64,000 nucleotides of DNA, taken from NCBI GenBank assembly GCA_937903325.1, contig CALCZR010000059.1, positions 151,547-215,546 of the forward strand. Direction: 5' to 3'. Below, piece after piece: positions 43,501 to 52,467 of the stretch (its first letter is position 1; each line of letters opens with the position of its first letter). The notes under the pieces were generated by a model. It saw nothing but the letters and a program-made list of their open reading frames with translations. It was not told where the DNA came from and made no database searches. This DNA is from an uncultured Candidatus Saccharibacteria bacterium (lineage in GTDB: Bacteria; Patescibacteriota; Saccharimonadia; Saccharimonadales; AWTP1-31). The position numbers and the translations under genes are program-made.

Positions 43501-44229
43501 ATGACGGATTTTATATACCAGCGAGATGGCCGACATGACCATAGTGCTACACAAGATGAGCTAGACGATCTTCTGTTAGATAATTTGCATAACGCATGGT
43601 CTAACCAGCAGGATGACGTGCATGTTCTACGTGCGGATATTCTGCAGAAACTTGTAAGGCACGGTGCACTTGGCAAGGTGTTCGGTTGGGTGATTTTTGA
43701 CCTGACCAGGTCAGAGTCTGGTTCTGTTGCAGTTGCTGATCAGCCAGTGAGTGACGAAGTGCTTCTAATTACTTACCCCGAAGAGGAAGGAAGCCGAGAC
43801 CGTTATACTAAACTATTGCACCAACAGATATTCAATTGCGACGATAGCAATACGGCTGTAATAACAGAAGAGGCACTAATTGATCACGAAGGTGATTGCT
43901 ATCACGGTCTAAGAGGTACAGTCATCGGTGAAGATGGTGATACCGGTTCGTCGTACCCATGGTTTCATACCGATGGCCCTGATCTTTTATTAGGAAGAAC
44001 TGTGTTTGCAACACTACCAACGACGTATGCACTAAAAGCCAATGATCATAGCGACCTTGTACCGTTAATTGGTGAATTGGATCTTGACGACTTCACGAAT
44101 GCCCAGGATGTAGTTGTCCCAGGGTTGTTCTTTAACAGCGCAGATGCGGCATATAGCTTAGCTAAGGCTATGAACATATTTGAAATGGTTCGACACGAAG
44201 AACCCGTTCGCTGTCATAGGCCGGGCTAG
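43501..44229 (+). CDS. Hypothetical acidic protein
   Basis: 242-codon ORF filling the intergenic space. Confidence 0.65.
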   Translation: MTDFIYQRDGRHDHSATQDELDDLLLDNLHNAWSNQQDDVHVLRADILQKLVRHGALGKVFGWVIFDLTRSESGSVAVADQPVSDEVLLITYPEEEGSRDRYTKLLHQQIFNCDDSNTAVITEEALIDHEGDCYHGLRGTVIGEDGDTGSSYPWFHTDGPDLLLGRTVFATLPTTYALKANDHSDLVPLIGELDLDDFTNAQDVVVPGLFFNSADAAYSLAKAMNIFEMVRHEEPVRCHRPG

Positions 44230-44235
44230 ATTTAC

Positions 44236-44877
44236 TTACTTTACGTTCTTGATAGCTTCTTCGATGAGCTTGTTGAAGTCGTCGAGAGTCTGCGGGTTCT
44301 TTTCAATTTTCTTGCCCTGTAGGAAGAATGTAGGAGTTGAGTTAACGCCTAACTTCACGCCTGCTTCGTAGTCGGCGTTGGTGATGTCGTTAACTTCAGT
44401 GCCAGCGTAGTCAGTCTTAAACTTAGCCATGTCTAGCCCAAGTTGCATCGCGTAACTTTCGAAGATAGGGACAACATTAGTGCTCGATTCCCAGCTCTTC
44501 TGCTGTTCGTAAAGCAAATCGTGCATTTCCCAGAACTTGCCTTGCATGGAAGCTGCTTCAGCAGCGCGAGAACTAGCTCGAGCATTCTGGTGAATCTGAC
44601 TTAGTGGGAAGTTACGGAACTGGAACTGGATGTCGGCTTTGTATTTCTCAACAACTTGCTTGACGATGGGGAAGTACGAACCACAAGCTGGACATTGGTA
44701 ATCCCCGTATTCTACTAATACAACTTTCTTAGCATTATCACCCATGACATGGTTGCTCAGTTTGCTGGTATTACCAGAGTTACTGCCAGTGCCAGAATCT
44801 TTTTTAGAAGTTGCTAGATAGATGCCAACGAGGCCTAAAACACACACTAATAGAATTGCGATAAATCTCTTACTCAT
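44236..44877 (-). CDS. DsbA-family thiol-disulfide oxidoreductase
   Basis: EYGDYQCPAC, FRNFPL, GVNSTPTF; N-terminal anchor. Confidence 0.92.
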   Translation of the reverse strand: MSKRFIAILLVCVLGLVGIYLATSKKDSGTGSNSGNTSKLSNHVMGDNAKKVVLVEYGDYQCPACGSYFPIVKQVVEKYKADIQFQFRNFPLSQIHQNARASSRAAEAASMQGKFWEMHDLLYEQQKSWESSTNVVPIFESYAMQLGLDMAKFKTDYAGTEVNDITNADYEAGVKLGVNSTPTFFLQGKKIEKNPQTLDDFNKLIEEAIKNVK

Positions 44878-44900
44878 GCATATATAGTACTATAGTTAGT
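44878..44900. promoter_or_regulatory. Bidirectional overlapping -10 elements for two leaderless genes
   Basis: The palindrome TATAGTACTATA gives TACTAT on both strands, 6-7 nt before each divergent ATG. Confidence 0.55.
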
Positions 44901-46022
44901 ATGATTCAGTTTATTTTTGTACTGGTGCTCGCCGCTCTGACAGTAGCCAGTGTTTCTCTCCAGAAGACCTACAGCAAAACCCCCTTAAAGGAACTTAAAA
45001 GGCGGGCCAATAAAGGCGACGAGCTTGCCAAGGCCTTACACCAGGCCGTGTCATACGGCGCGAGTCTTGAGTTACTGCTTTGGATAATCATTGGCCTGGC
45101 AGCAGCTGGTTTCTTCGTCGTGTTGTCGAGCGCTCTTCCGGCATGGCTGGCATTGTTCGGTTGTGCAGCACTGCTCTGGGTAGCCTTTGCCTGGCTACCA
45201 AATACCCGGGTTACCAACATTAGCCAACGTACGGCCCAGAAAGCCGCCCCGGCACTTGCTTGGGTACTTGCCCACACCTACCCAGTACTGAATAAGGCCA
45301 GTGAACTTGTTGCGAAACACAGCCGCATCACGGTACATAGTGGCGTCTATCAAAAAGAAGATCTCGTAGATCTCCTCGATCGACAGGCCCACCAGCCAGA
45401 TAACCGCATGACAGCCTACGAACTAGGGATTGTCAAAAGTGCCCTGACATTTAGCGACAAGTTAATCCGGGATGTCATGACGCCAAAGCGGGTAGTCAAA
45501 ACCGTTAAGGGTGAAGATGCTATTGGGCCACTGCTTCTAGATGAATTACATAAGAGCGGTTTCTCTCGATTCCCGGTAACGGGTGAAAAAGATAGTGACA
45601 TTATTGGTACGCTGTACTTGCGAGATCTGGTCAGAACTAAGGCCGGTGGCTTAGTAAAAACCTCCATGAAGAAAACGGTCTACTACGTCAACGAAGAAAA
45701 ACCGTTACAACACGCATTACAGGCTTTCCTAAAGACCAAGCACCATCTGTTTATAGTAGTGAACAGCTTTGAGGAAGTGGTGGGGATTATTACGGTAGAG
45801 GACGTCTTAGAACAGGTACTGGGTAGGCAGATCGTCGACGAGTTCGATAAGTACGAAGACCTCAGAGCGGTGGCCGCACTGGAAGCTAAGAAAGACGCCA
45901 AGTCTCACAAGCATGTACAGATAGACCCCGATCACCATGATGCAGTTCAGACAGCAGGTCAGCCCGATCAGCCAGTGCCAGAGCAAAAAGAAGGGTCAGA
46001 CAATGACCAGCAAAAAGCCTAA
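44901..46022 (+). CDS. CNNM/DUF21-CBS domain protein (CorB/TlyC-like)
   Basis: N-terminal TMs, DVMTP, GFSRFPV, GIITVEDVLEQVLG.I.DEFD. Confidence 0.88.
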   Translation: MIQFIFVLVLAALTVASVSLQKTYSKTPLKELKRRANKGDELAKALHQAVSYGASLELLLWIIIGLAAAGFFVVLSSALPAWLALFGCAALLWVAFAWLPNTRVTNISQRTAQKAAPALAWVLAHTYPVLNKASELVAKHSRITVHSGVYQKEDLVDLLDRQAHQPDNRMTAYELGIVKSALTFSDKLIRDVMTPKRVVKTVKGEDAIGPLLLDELHKSGFSRFPVTGEKDSDIIGTLYLRDLVRTKAGGLVKTSMKKTVYYVNEEKPLQHALQAFLKTKHHLFIVVNSFEEVVGIITVEDVLEQVLGRQIVDEFDKYEDLRAVAALEAKKDAKSHKHVQIDPDHHDAVQTAGQPDQPVPEQKEGSDNDQQKA

Positions 46023-46653
46023 ATCTCTCAAGGTTTTATTCGCCAGTAACAATCCGGGTAAGATCACTGACGCCCAAGTGTTTGTGAAGGGCACGAATAT
46101 TGAACTACTCACACCTAAAGACTTAGGACTCAAACTCGATCCAGACGAAACAGGCAACACCTACGAAGAGAACGCACTGATAAAGGCCAAGGCATTTCAG
46201 GAAGCGGCCGGTGACCCGGACCTTATCGTAGTGTCAGACGATGGTGGAATTGAAATCCCAACACTAAACAACGAACCCGGTGTATACTCGCGCCGCTGGA
46301 AGGGCTACGTCATGTCCGACCAAGAAATCGTGGACTACTGCCTGGAGCGGATGCAAGGCAAGAAGGGTGTCGAGCGAGACGCCAACTTTGTTGGGGTGAT
46401 CTGTGTACTTATGCCCGGCCGTGATCCTCAGTACTTCCGTGGTGTCATGAAGTGCCACATAACTGAGGAGCCGGCCACCGGTGAGATTATAGAAGGCTTT
46501 CCATTCCGGTCACTTATGTATGTGCCTGAGCTGAAGAAGATGATCTATGACGTACACGGTACTACCATTGCAGAGCGAGGTGGGTTTATGAACCACCGCG
46601 AACAGGGCCTGCAAGCCGCTTTTGCCTGGGTCGCCAAGCAAACAAGATCATGA
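46003..46653 (+). CDS. rdgB: HAM1/RdgB-family non-canonical purine NTP pyrophosphatase
   Basis: ASNNPGK, ETGNTYEENALIKA, DDGG, PGVYSRRW, NHR. Confidence 0.85.
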   Translation: MTSKKPKSLKVLFASNNPGKITDAQVFVKGTNIELLTPKDLGLKLDPDETGNTYEENALIKAKAFQEAAGDPDLIVVSDDGGIEIPTLNNEPGVYSRRWKGYVMSDQEIVDYCLERMQGKKGVERDANFVGVICVLMPGRDPQYFRGVMKCHITEEPATGEIIEGFPFRSLMYVPELKKMIYDVHGTTIAERGGFMNHREQGLQAAFAWVAKQTRS

Positions 46654-46666
46654 TATAATCACCCCT

Positions 46667-46741
46667 ATGTTTACAGTGGTACAAAACACAGATAATAATA
46701 TCCGGGTCGGCAGCACGACTCCGGCTGTTCTTGCTGCGTAA
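46667..46741 (+). promoter_or_regulatory. Putative Asn/Asp-rich leader peptide (MFTVVQNTDNNIRVGSTTPAVLAA) with overlapping hairpin
   Basis: TGaTATAAT 7 nt before the ATG; AAC-ACA-GAT-AAT-AAT codons; stem GGGTCGG/CCGACCC plus CAGCA/TGCTG. Confidence 0.6.
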
Positions 46742-46792
46742 CCGACCCACCCTTATAAGCCACAAATCTATAAAACAATCAGAGGAATAACT

Positions 46793-48106
46793 ATGCGAAC
46801 ATTAGCAAAAGACGTGGCCAAATCTCCGGAAAAGCAGGTCACTATTCAAGGGTGGATACACAAAAAACGATTACTTGGCGGACTAAACTTCATTAACATC
46901 CGTGACCGCAGCGGTCTCACCCAGGTACTAGTAGAGAAGGGCGATGAAGTTGAAAAGCTTCGTGGCATGCAGATTGGTACAGTAGTAGAAATTACTGGTA
47001 CCGTCTATCCAGACGAACGTGCACCTGGTGGAGCTGAGCTGCACGATCCAGAAATTACCGTCCTGGTTCCCGTAACAGAAGAACCGCCAATTGAAATCGA
47101 CAAGCCGATTAGTCACAAGAGCGAGCACCTCGATACACTCTTTGACCACCGCACTCTTAACGTACGTAACCTACAGGAACAGAAGATCTTCAAGATCCGT
47201 GGTAGCCTGACCCGGCACCTCCGAGACTTCCTATACCAGAACGAATTCATTGAAATCGATACCCCAAAGCTACTCGCAGAAGCAACCGAGGGTGGCGCGG
47301 AAGTATTCCAGCTCGACTACTTTGGTAAGACTGCAACCCTGGCCCAGAGCCCCCAGTTCTATAAGCAGATCATGGTCGGGGCCTTTGAACGAGTTTACGA
47401 AATCGGTCATAGCTACCGAGCGGAGCCAAGTGCAACCACAAGGCATATTACCGAACTAACTATGTTAGATCTAGAGATGGGCTTTGTGAAAGACCACAAC
47501 GAAGTCTTGGACATGGTTGCTGACATGACCCAGTACGCACTGAAGAAAGTCTACGAAGAATACGCGGATGATTTGAAGTCGCTCAACGCGCCAGAACTGA
47601 AACTTCCCGAAGACGGTAAAATTCCACGCTTCACTATTGCTGAGATTCACGAGATGTACACCAAGGCTACCAAGACTGAGATTACTGACCTTAAGGACCT
47701 GACACCAGACGAAGAACGTTGGATTGCTGAATATGCTCGTAAGCAACTCGGTACTGACTTGGTATATGCCGTTCGCTTCCCATTGGCAGCTGGTAAGTTC
47801 TACCACAAGCTCGATGTAGAAGACGGCACCGTCTTCTGGGGTGACCTCATCTTCCGCGGCGTGGAACTAGCAACCGTGCCACTTCGTGAAAACAGCTACG
47901 AAAAGATGCTCGAACAAATGAAGGCAGCCGGCCTAGATGTAACCCACGCAGGTTTCAAACATTATTTGCAGGCCTTTAAATATGGCCTTCCGCAACACGG
48001 TGGTTGTGGCTTTGGTGTTGACCGCTTTGTCATGAAGACCATCGGTCTTGCTAACGTCAAAGAAGCGACTCTCTTCCCCCGAGATATTAACCGACTCGCT
48101 CCGTAG
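46793..48106 (+). CDS. aspS: Aspartate--tRNA(Asp/Asn) ligase, short archaeal-type, non-discriminating
   Basis: LAQSPQFYKQ, YRAE, GCGFGVDR, LFPRD; no GAD insert; WIH and RAPGG match the His/Pro non-discriminating determinants. Confidence 0.93.
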   Translation: MRTLAKDVAKSPEKQVTIQGWIHKKRLLGGLNFINIRDRSGLTQVLVEKGDEVEKLRGMQIGTVVEITGTVYPDERAPGGAELHDPEITVLVPVTEEPPIEIDKPISHKSEHLDTLFDHRTLNVRNLQEQKIFKIRGSLTRHLRDFLYQNEFIEIDTPKLLAEATEGGAEVFQLDYFGKTATLAQSPQFYKQIMVGAFERVYEIGHSYRAEPSATTRHITELTMLDLEMGFVKDHNEVLDMVADMTQYALKKVYEEYADDLKSLNAPELKLPEDGKIPRFTIAEIHEMYTKATKTEITDLKDLTPDEERWIAEYARKQLGTDLVYAVRFPLAAGKFYHKLDVEDGTVFWGDLIFRGVELATVPLRENSYEKMLEQMKAAGLDVTHAGFKHYLQAFKYGLPQHGGCGFGVDRFVMKTIGLANVKEATLFPRDINRLAP

Positions 48107-48173
48107 CACGGCTAGCTTCTTACAGGGACGAATTTACTCCGCTTATGCTTAGAGCTATACTTCTGTAGTTACC

Positions 48174-49889
48174 ATGCAGAAACAAATATCACCACAATTT
48201 AGCTCAGCCGCTCTGACCGAAAGTATGCACGGCTTAGAAAGAGCTCCGATAGGTATAGAAGACGTTCGCGATCTAGGTCTTAGCTATGAACTCATACCGG
48301 ACGTACTTCTGGACCAGACTATTGGGGAGATTAGAGACGATCTTGAGCGGACTGATAAAGAAGAGAATCCAGATATCTTTTACCAAACATACTTGGAATA
48401 TGGACCAGGCGTTCTCAATGGTCTAAACTATTTGTACCGTACAGCAGATCTTATTACTCTAGCCGCCCAGGATCACTTAGGCCGGGAAGATGAGGTACAG
48501 GCTAAAGTTGAGGCCAACCCAATTCGACAGCATCTTCTAGAGGTGTTTCTTCGGGACAAGTCTCACCACAAAGGTGCACTGATCGCTCATAATGCACCGT
48601 TTACACTCAGGGATATTGCTGCTTTCATAGATACCTATTACGAAGATCTCGATGCCAACGGGCATATGGACGCCGCTCGGGAACGATTGGATACTGCAAA
48701 AGATACATTCCTGAGTGATCTAGATGGCGATGTAGCAGCAGAGCTAATCCCCGACAAGGCAATTAGGGATCAAATAGCCCAGACAGCCAAAGCTAGCCCT
48801 GTGAAACTAATGGACCCCCTTACCTGGATGCTAACAGATCTAAGCAATACTGAAGACACATGGGGTGGGTTCTACTATGAGGACCGTACAGCGCGTGTTC
48901 TATATCCGCTCGATATTGACCCCGAAGATCCTCTCTTCACCGACCAGTTGCGTCATCACCTATATCACGAGTTGCTTCACTCTGCATTTCTGAAGACATT
49001 TACTCGACAATTCTTGAAAGATCCATCAGCAGAAGGGGAGCTGAAACGTAAATTTCCTTCCTTTCTGGAAGAAGCGGTTGTCGAGAAGATTGCTTTTGTT
49101 GTCTCGTCTCAACATAGCTCCACCAGTGAACGAAACCCTAAGTCTGGCGCTTCCGAAGAAGACTGGCGCTACGATGTTGATGCTCCCGACCACGTATTAA
49201 TGTCGAAAGATTCACCGCACCGTGCTAGCTATGACGAGGCTCTTGAATCACGCGACCAAGTGTATGATTACTATCGTTTAGCGGTCGACATTATATTTGA
49301 CCGTATTGACTGGTCTAAAGCCGGGGTTACTAAGAAGCAGGCGGAAGGGATGTTTGCTCTAGCTTGTTTTGAAACACCACTTGGGGAGATGCCCCGACAA
49401 GAAGATCGACATCCTTTACGCAAATCATTCTTTGCAACGCTTCGCAAGGCTGGTGGTGCGGGACTTATTAATCGTGTCGATCAAGCTATTGAAAGCATTG
49501 GCTTATTTCGAGCGCTTAGCCTGCTGCAGAATCCAGACGTGGATATTACCTCAATAGAGGAGTTTCCAGCTACGGTCTCTGCAGAAAAATACGCTGAGTC
49601 GGTTCAGCGTGTTAACAACATTGTTAACACTAAGTTTGGAGCAATAGAGAACAATGGTGAGGATGCCGAGGTAGGTGAACTTGAAGAGGCTGAAGCGAAG
49701 GCCCGTGTTGTTAGTGAAAGATATCGGCAGCGCATTGACCATACGCAGAATATTATTGATCGGCAAGATGTAACGCTCGGCGTTAGAAATTACGTACGCG
49801 GACCTGCCCGACCAGACCAGCCAAGAGGATCGGTCCCGCCTCGACCTTTTGTGCAGCAAAGACGGAGAGGAATACTTGGGGACTCTTGA
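48174..49889 (+). CDS. Hypothetical protein with a zincin-like HExxH motif
   Basis: WGGFY...HELLH...FLEEAVVE (gluzincin-like spacing). Confidence 0.65.
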   Translation: MQKQISPQFSSAALTESMHGLERAPIGIEDVRDLGLSYELIPDVLLDQTIGEIRDDLERTDKEENPDIFYQTYLEYGPGVLNGLNYLYRTADLITLAAQDHLGREDEVQAKVEANPIRQHLLEVFLRDKSHHKGALIAHNAPFTLRDIAAFIDTYYEDLDANGHMDAARERLDTAKDTFLSDLDGDVAAELIPDKAIRDQIAQTAKASPVKLMDPLTWMLTDLSNTEDTWGGFYYEDRTARVLYPLDIDPEDPLFTDQLRHHLYHELLHSAFLKTFTRQFLKDPSAEGELKRKFPSFLEEAVVEKIAFVVSSQHSSTSERNPKSGASEEDWRYDVDAPDHVLMSKDSPHRASYDEALESRDQVYDYYRLAVDIIFDRIDWSKAGVTKKQAEGMFALACFETPLGEMPRQEDRHPLRKSFFATLRKAGGAGLINRVDQAIESIGLFRALSLLQNPDVDITSIEEFPATVSAEKYAESVQRVNNIVNTKFGAIENNGEDAEVGELEEAEAKARVVSERYRQRIDHTQNIIDRQDVTLGVRNYVRGPARPDQPRGSVPPRPFVQQRRRGILGDS

Positions 49890-49950
49890 CAATACCATAA
49901 GCGTGATATACTAGAAGTGTTACTAACTAAAACAAATACAATAAAATCAA

Positions 49951-50262
49951 ATGAGCTTACTTACAGACCTCACCCTTGCATATGAAACCCTTGCTGACGA
50001 TCCCATTGAAGTGGGTATCCATTACGGCAAGTCTATTCTTCGTGCCCTATCACCGAGTAGCTCTAGCTCAGTTTCATCTTCTGATTCTCACAAATCTAGT
50101 TCTAGTCCTGTTAGTCTTGCCCGAGTCGCATCGCGCATCCAAATTAATCGAACAGTCCGTCGCAGTGTCGCACCTACTGAGGTCCCACGTGCTAGTTACC
50201 TGAACTATGCAACACGCCGACCAGTTGGGTATACCCAGCGTAATCTCGTTGGTGCTTTGTAG
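49951..50262 (+). CDS. Small Ser-rich hypothetical protein
   Basis: 103-codon ORF with TTGACA...TGaTATACT upstream. Confidence 0.5.
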   Translation: MSLLTDLTLAYETLADDPIEVGIHYGKSILRALSPSSSSSVSSSDSHKSSSSPVSLARVASRIQINRTVRRSVAPTEVPRASYLNYATRRPVGYTQRNLVGAL

Positions 50263-50316
50263 TAACCCTAACTTATGCAGTCATTGCTTGTCAGTCATTC
50301 AATATATGTACAGAAA

Positions 50317-50346
50317 TAAAAAGAGGACCGCAACGGCCCTCTTTTG
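50317..50346 (-). terminator. Intrinsic terminator (possibly bidirectional)
   Basis: Minus strand AAAAGAGGGCCG-TTG-CGGTCCTCTTTTT between convergent genes. Confidence 0.75.
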
Positions 50347-50361
50347 CTGTTAAGAAGAAAG

Positions 50362-50868
50362 CTACTTCTTAACTTGGTTGGCTTGGATAGCCTTTACGAC
50401 TTGTCCGTCGTCTTTGAGGTTTTCCCAGAAGAGAACTTGCTTGCTCTCGATGTACATAACGTCATCTGGGCCGTGCAGCTCACTACCGAGCTTAGCGAGT
50501 GAGAGGTTCTGGTCTTTGTTTTCTTGAGTAGCCTGCTGCTCACCTTGGACGTCTTGCTGAACTTGCAAGTAGTAGATGTTCTTTAGGGTGTAGCCAGTGC
50601 CGCTAATCTTGTCGATCTTACCAAAGTAGACTTGGCCGTTGGTTAGGAAAACTGCTTGGTACTTATCTTTGTTAATCTTTCCAGCGAATTCGTTACCCAT
50701 GAGACTCTTCTTAGCAAAGAATCCACCGACGAGAACAACAAGTAGCACGATAACGATTACGATTGCCTTAACGGCGTGTTTTGGTCGTCGGCTGCGGACG
50801 GCGCTGATTGGTGAGCTCGCAGGTGCTTGCTGGCCAGAATTTTGTGAACGTTTAACAACTTGATCCAT
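50362..50868 (-). CDS. Conserved membrane-anchored hypothetical protein (possible Sm-like beta-barrel)
   Basis: TM anchor, then YQAVFLTNGQVYFGK...LGSELHGP...FWENL. Confidence 0.75.
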   Translation of the reverse strand: MDQVVKRSQNSGQQAPASSPISAVRSRRPKHAVKAIVIVIVLLVVLVGGFFAKKSLMGNEFAGKINKDKYQAVFLTNGQVYFGKIDKISGTGYTLKNIYYLQVQQDVQGEQQATQENKDQNLSLAKLGSELHGPDDVMYIESKQVLFWENLKDDGQVVKAIQANQVKK

Positions 50869-51008
50869 GAAATTTTATCTCCCTCACTTCATATAAATGG
50901 TCATAGTCAGTGTAGCTCAAAATAAAACCACAAGCAACGAGCGGAATCAACATATCGCCGCTCCAACAGATATGGTAGTATTGGAGCATAAGTATTTTCA
51001 GGAGATTT

Positions 51009-51845
51009 GTGCGACGACATAAAGCAATCTTGGTGGCAATTGTTTTAATGGCAGTTTCTGCTCTTAGTTTGCTGGTTCCTGAATTAGCCCAAGCTGCTCA
51101 AACGTCGACTTCACAAGGCTTCAAGATCAACACTGCAGTGAGCGAAGGTGCGCTGGTGAGTATCGATCAAAAGGATTCCCAAGCCGTGGAGATGGCCAGT
51201 CTTTCCAGTCGTGACGCCATGGTCGGGGTCGCAGTTAGTAATGGCCAGGCACTTGTTACTTTTAGCGATGGATCTGGGAGAGTGCAGGTAGTAAGTAGCG
51301 GACAGGCCCCGACACAAGTCTCTACTGCGAATGGAAATATTAAAAAGGGTGACCGCTTGAGCATCTCACCCATTAGCGGAGTAGCCATGAAGGCTAGTAG
51401 TGCCGGTAAAGTTATTGGTGTGGCTCAACAGGATTTTAATGGCACCGAGTCTAAAGACAAAAAGTCAGTAGAGTTAACCGACAGTGCCGGGCAAAAGAAA
51501 ACAGTGCAGGTGGGCAAGGCGGTTGTGGAAGTATCGGTCGAAGAGTGGGCGCCGAATGGCCAGCCGAACAGCCCACTGCTCAATAATCTGCGTAGTTTCT
51601 TAGGCACCACTGTTGGTAAACCAGTTAGTAACGTCCAAGCGGTCATGGCGGTAGCGGTTGTATTGTTTGCTATCCTCGCCTCCGGTATTATTCTGTATAG
51701 TTCGGTGTCATCGAGTATTCATTCAATTGGGCGGAATCCGTTATCTAAAGGGATTATCCGACGTAGTTTGTTTGTCATGATCGGTCTGTCGGTTATTGTG
51801 GTTGTTGGTGCGGCATCGGCAGTGTATTTAATTCTAGGGGGCTAA
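51009..51845 (+). CDS. Secreted beta domain fused to an F0 subunit-c-like hairpin lacking the ion-binding carboxylate
   Basis: Signal peptide; C-terminal TM-GRNP-TM aligns to the c-subunit RQP loop; the Asp61-equivalent position is Val. Confidence 0.7.
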   Translation: MRRHKAILVAIVLMAVSALSLLVPELAQAAQTSTSQGFKINTAVSEGALVSIDQKDSQAVEMASLSSRDAMVGVAVSNGQALVTFSDGSGRVQVVSSGQAPTQVSTANGNIKKGDRLSISPISGVAMKASSAGKVIGVAQQDFNGTESKDKKSVELTDSAGQKKTVQVGKAVVEVSVEEWAPNGQPNSPLLNNLRSFLGTTVGKPVSNVQAVMAVAVVLFAILASGIILYSSVSSSIHSIGRNPLSKGIIRRSLFVMIGLSVIVVVGAASAVYLILGG

Positions 51846-51849
51846 AAGG

Positions 51850-52467
51850 GTGTTTGATGTACGGTTTGTAGGAGCTATCGGGTGTCTGGTTATCGCCGGT
51901 ATTGCTCTTATTCTCCTGATGCGTGAACGTACCTGGGCACGAGATAAATACCGAAAAGAGCTCAAGATGACTATCTTGCAGCCCGACTTTATTGCCAGTC
52001 TCCGTAAAGAACTAGAGAAAGACGTCCAAACTCATGTTAAGGCAGCCATAGCACCGCTGACCAAAGAGGTGGGTGAAGTAGTAGCAGATGCCAAAAAGCA
52101 AACCCTTGCTAATCTTGACGAAAGCCTCAAGGAAAATCGAGCAGCCTTGCGTGAGGCGACTGAAGAGCAAGTTGCAGTTATCAAAAACCTGGTGGCCGGG
52201 GATGCTGGTTCCTTGCAACAGAGTATGGTGACCTTACAGAAAGACATCGAAGACCTGCAGCAAGAACACCAAGCCGTGCTGGCCGATTACCGAACCAAGG
52301 TACTTGCCCGAGTAAAAACACTTGTTGACGAGCAGGCTGCAGATCTTCTGGCGGATTACCTACAAAGTAGCCTGCAAGGCCTAGAGCTTGGTGACCAACA
52401 GGAATTTATCTTAGCTCGTCTCGATGCTAACAAAGACGCGCTATTCAAGGAGCTCGGTAATGACTAG
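51850..52467 (+). CDS. F0 subunit-b-like protein (single TM plus coiled coil)
   Basis: N-terminal TM, long charged helix, position between c-like and delta-like genes. Confidence 0.6.
   Translation: MFDVRFVGAIGCLVIAGIALILLMRERTWARDKYRKELKMTILQPDFIASLRKELEKDVQTHVKAAIAPLTKEVGEVVADAKKQTLANLDESLKENRAALREATEEQVAVIKNLVAGDAGSLQQSMVTLQKDIEDLQQEHQAVLADYRTKVLARVKTLVDEQAADLLADYLQSSLQGLELGDQQEFILARLDANKDALFKELGND

Noticed and set aside
46660-46790. T-box riboswitch upstream of aspS
   Set aside because: Leader is too short (~125 nt) and lacks a sense-strand TGGNACC antiterminator bulge and a U-tailed terminator.
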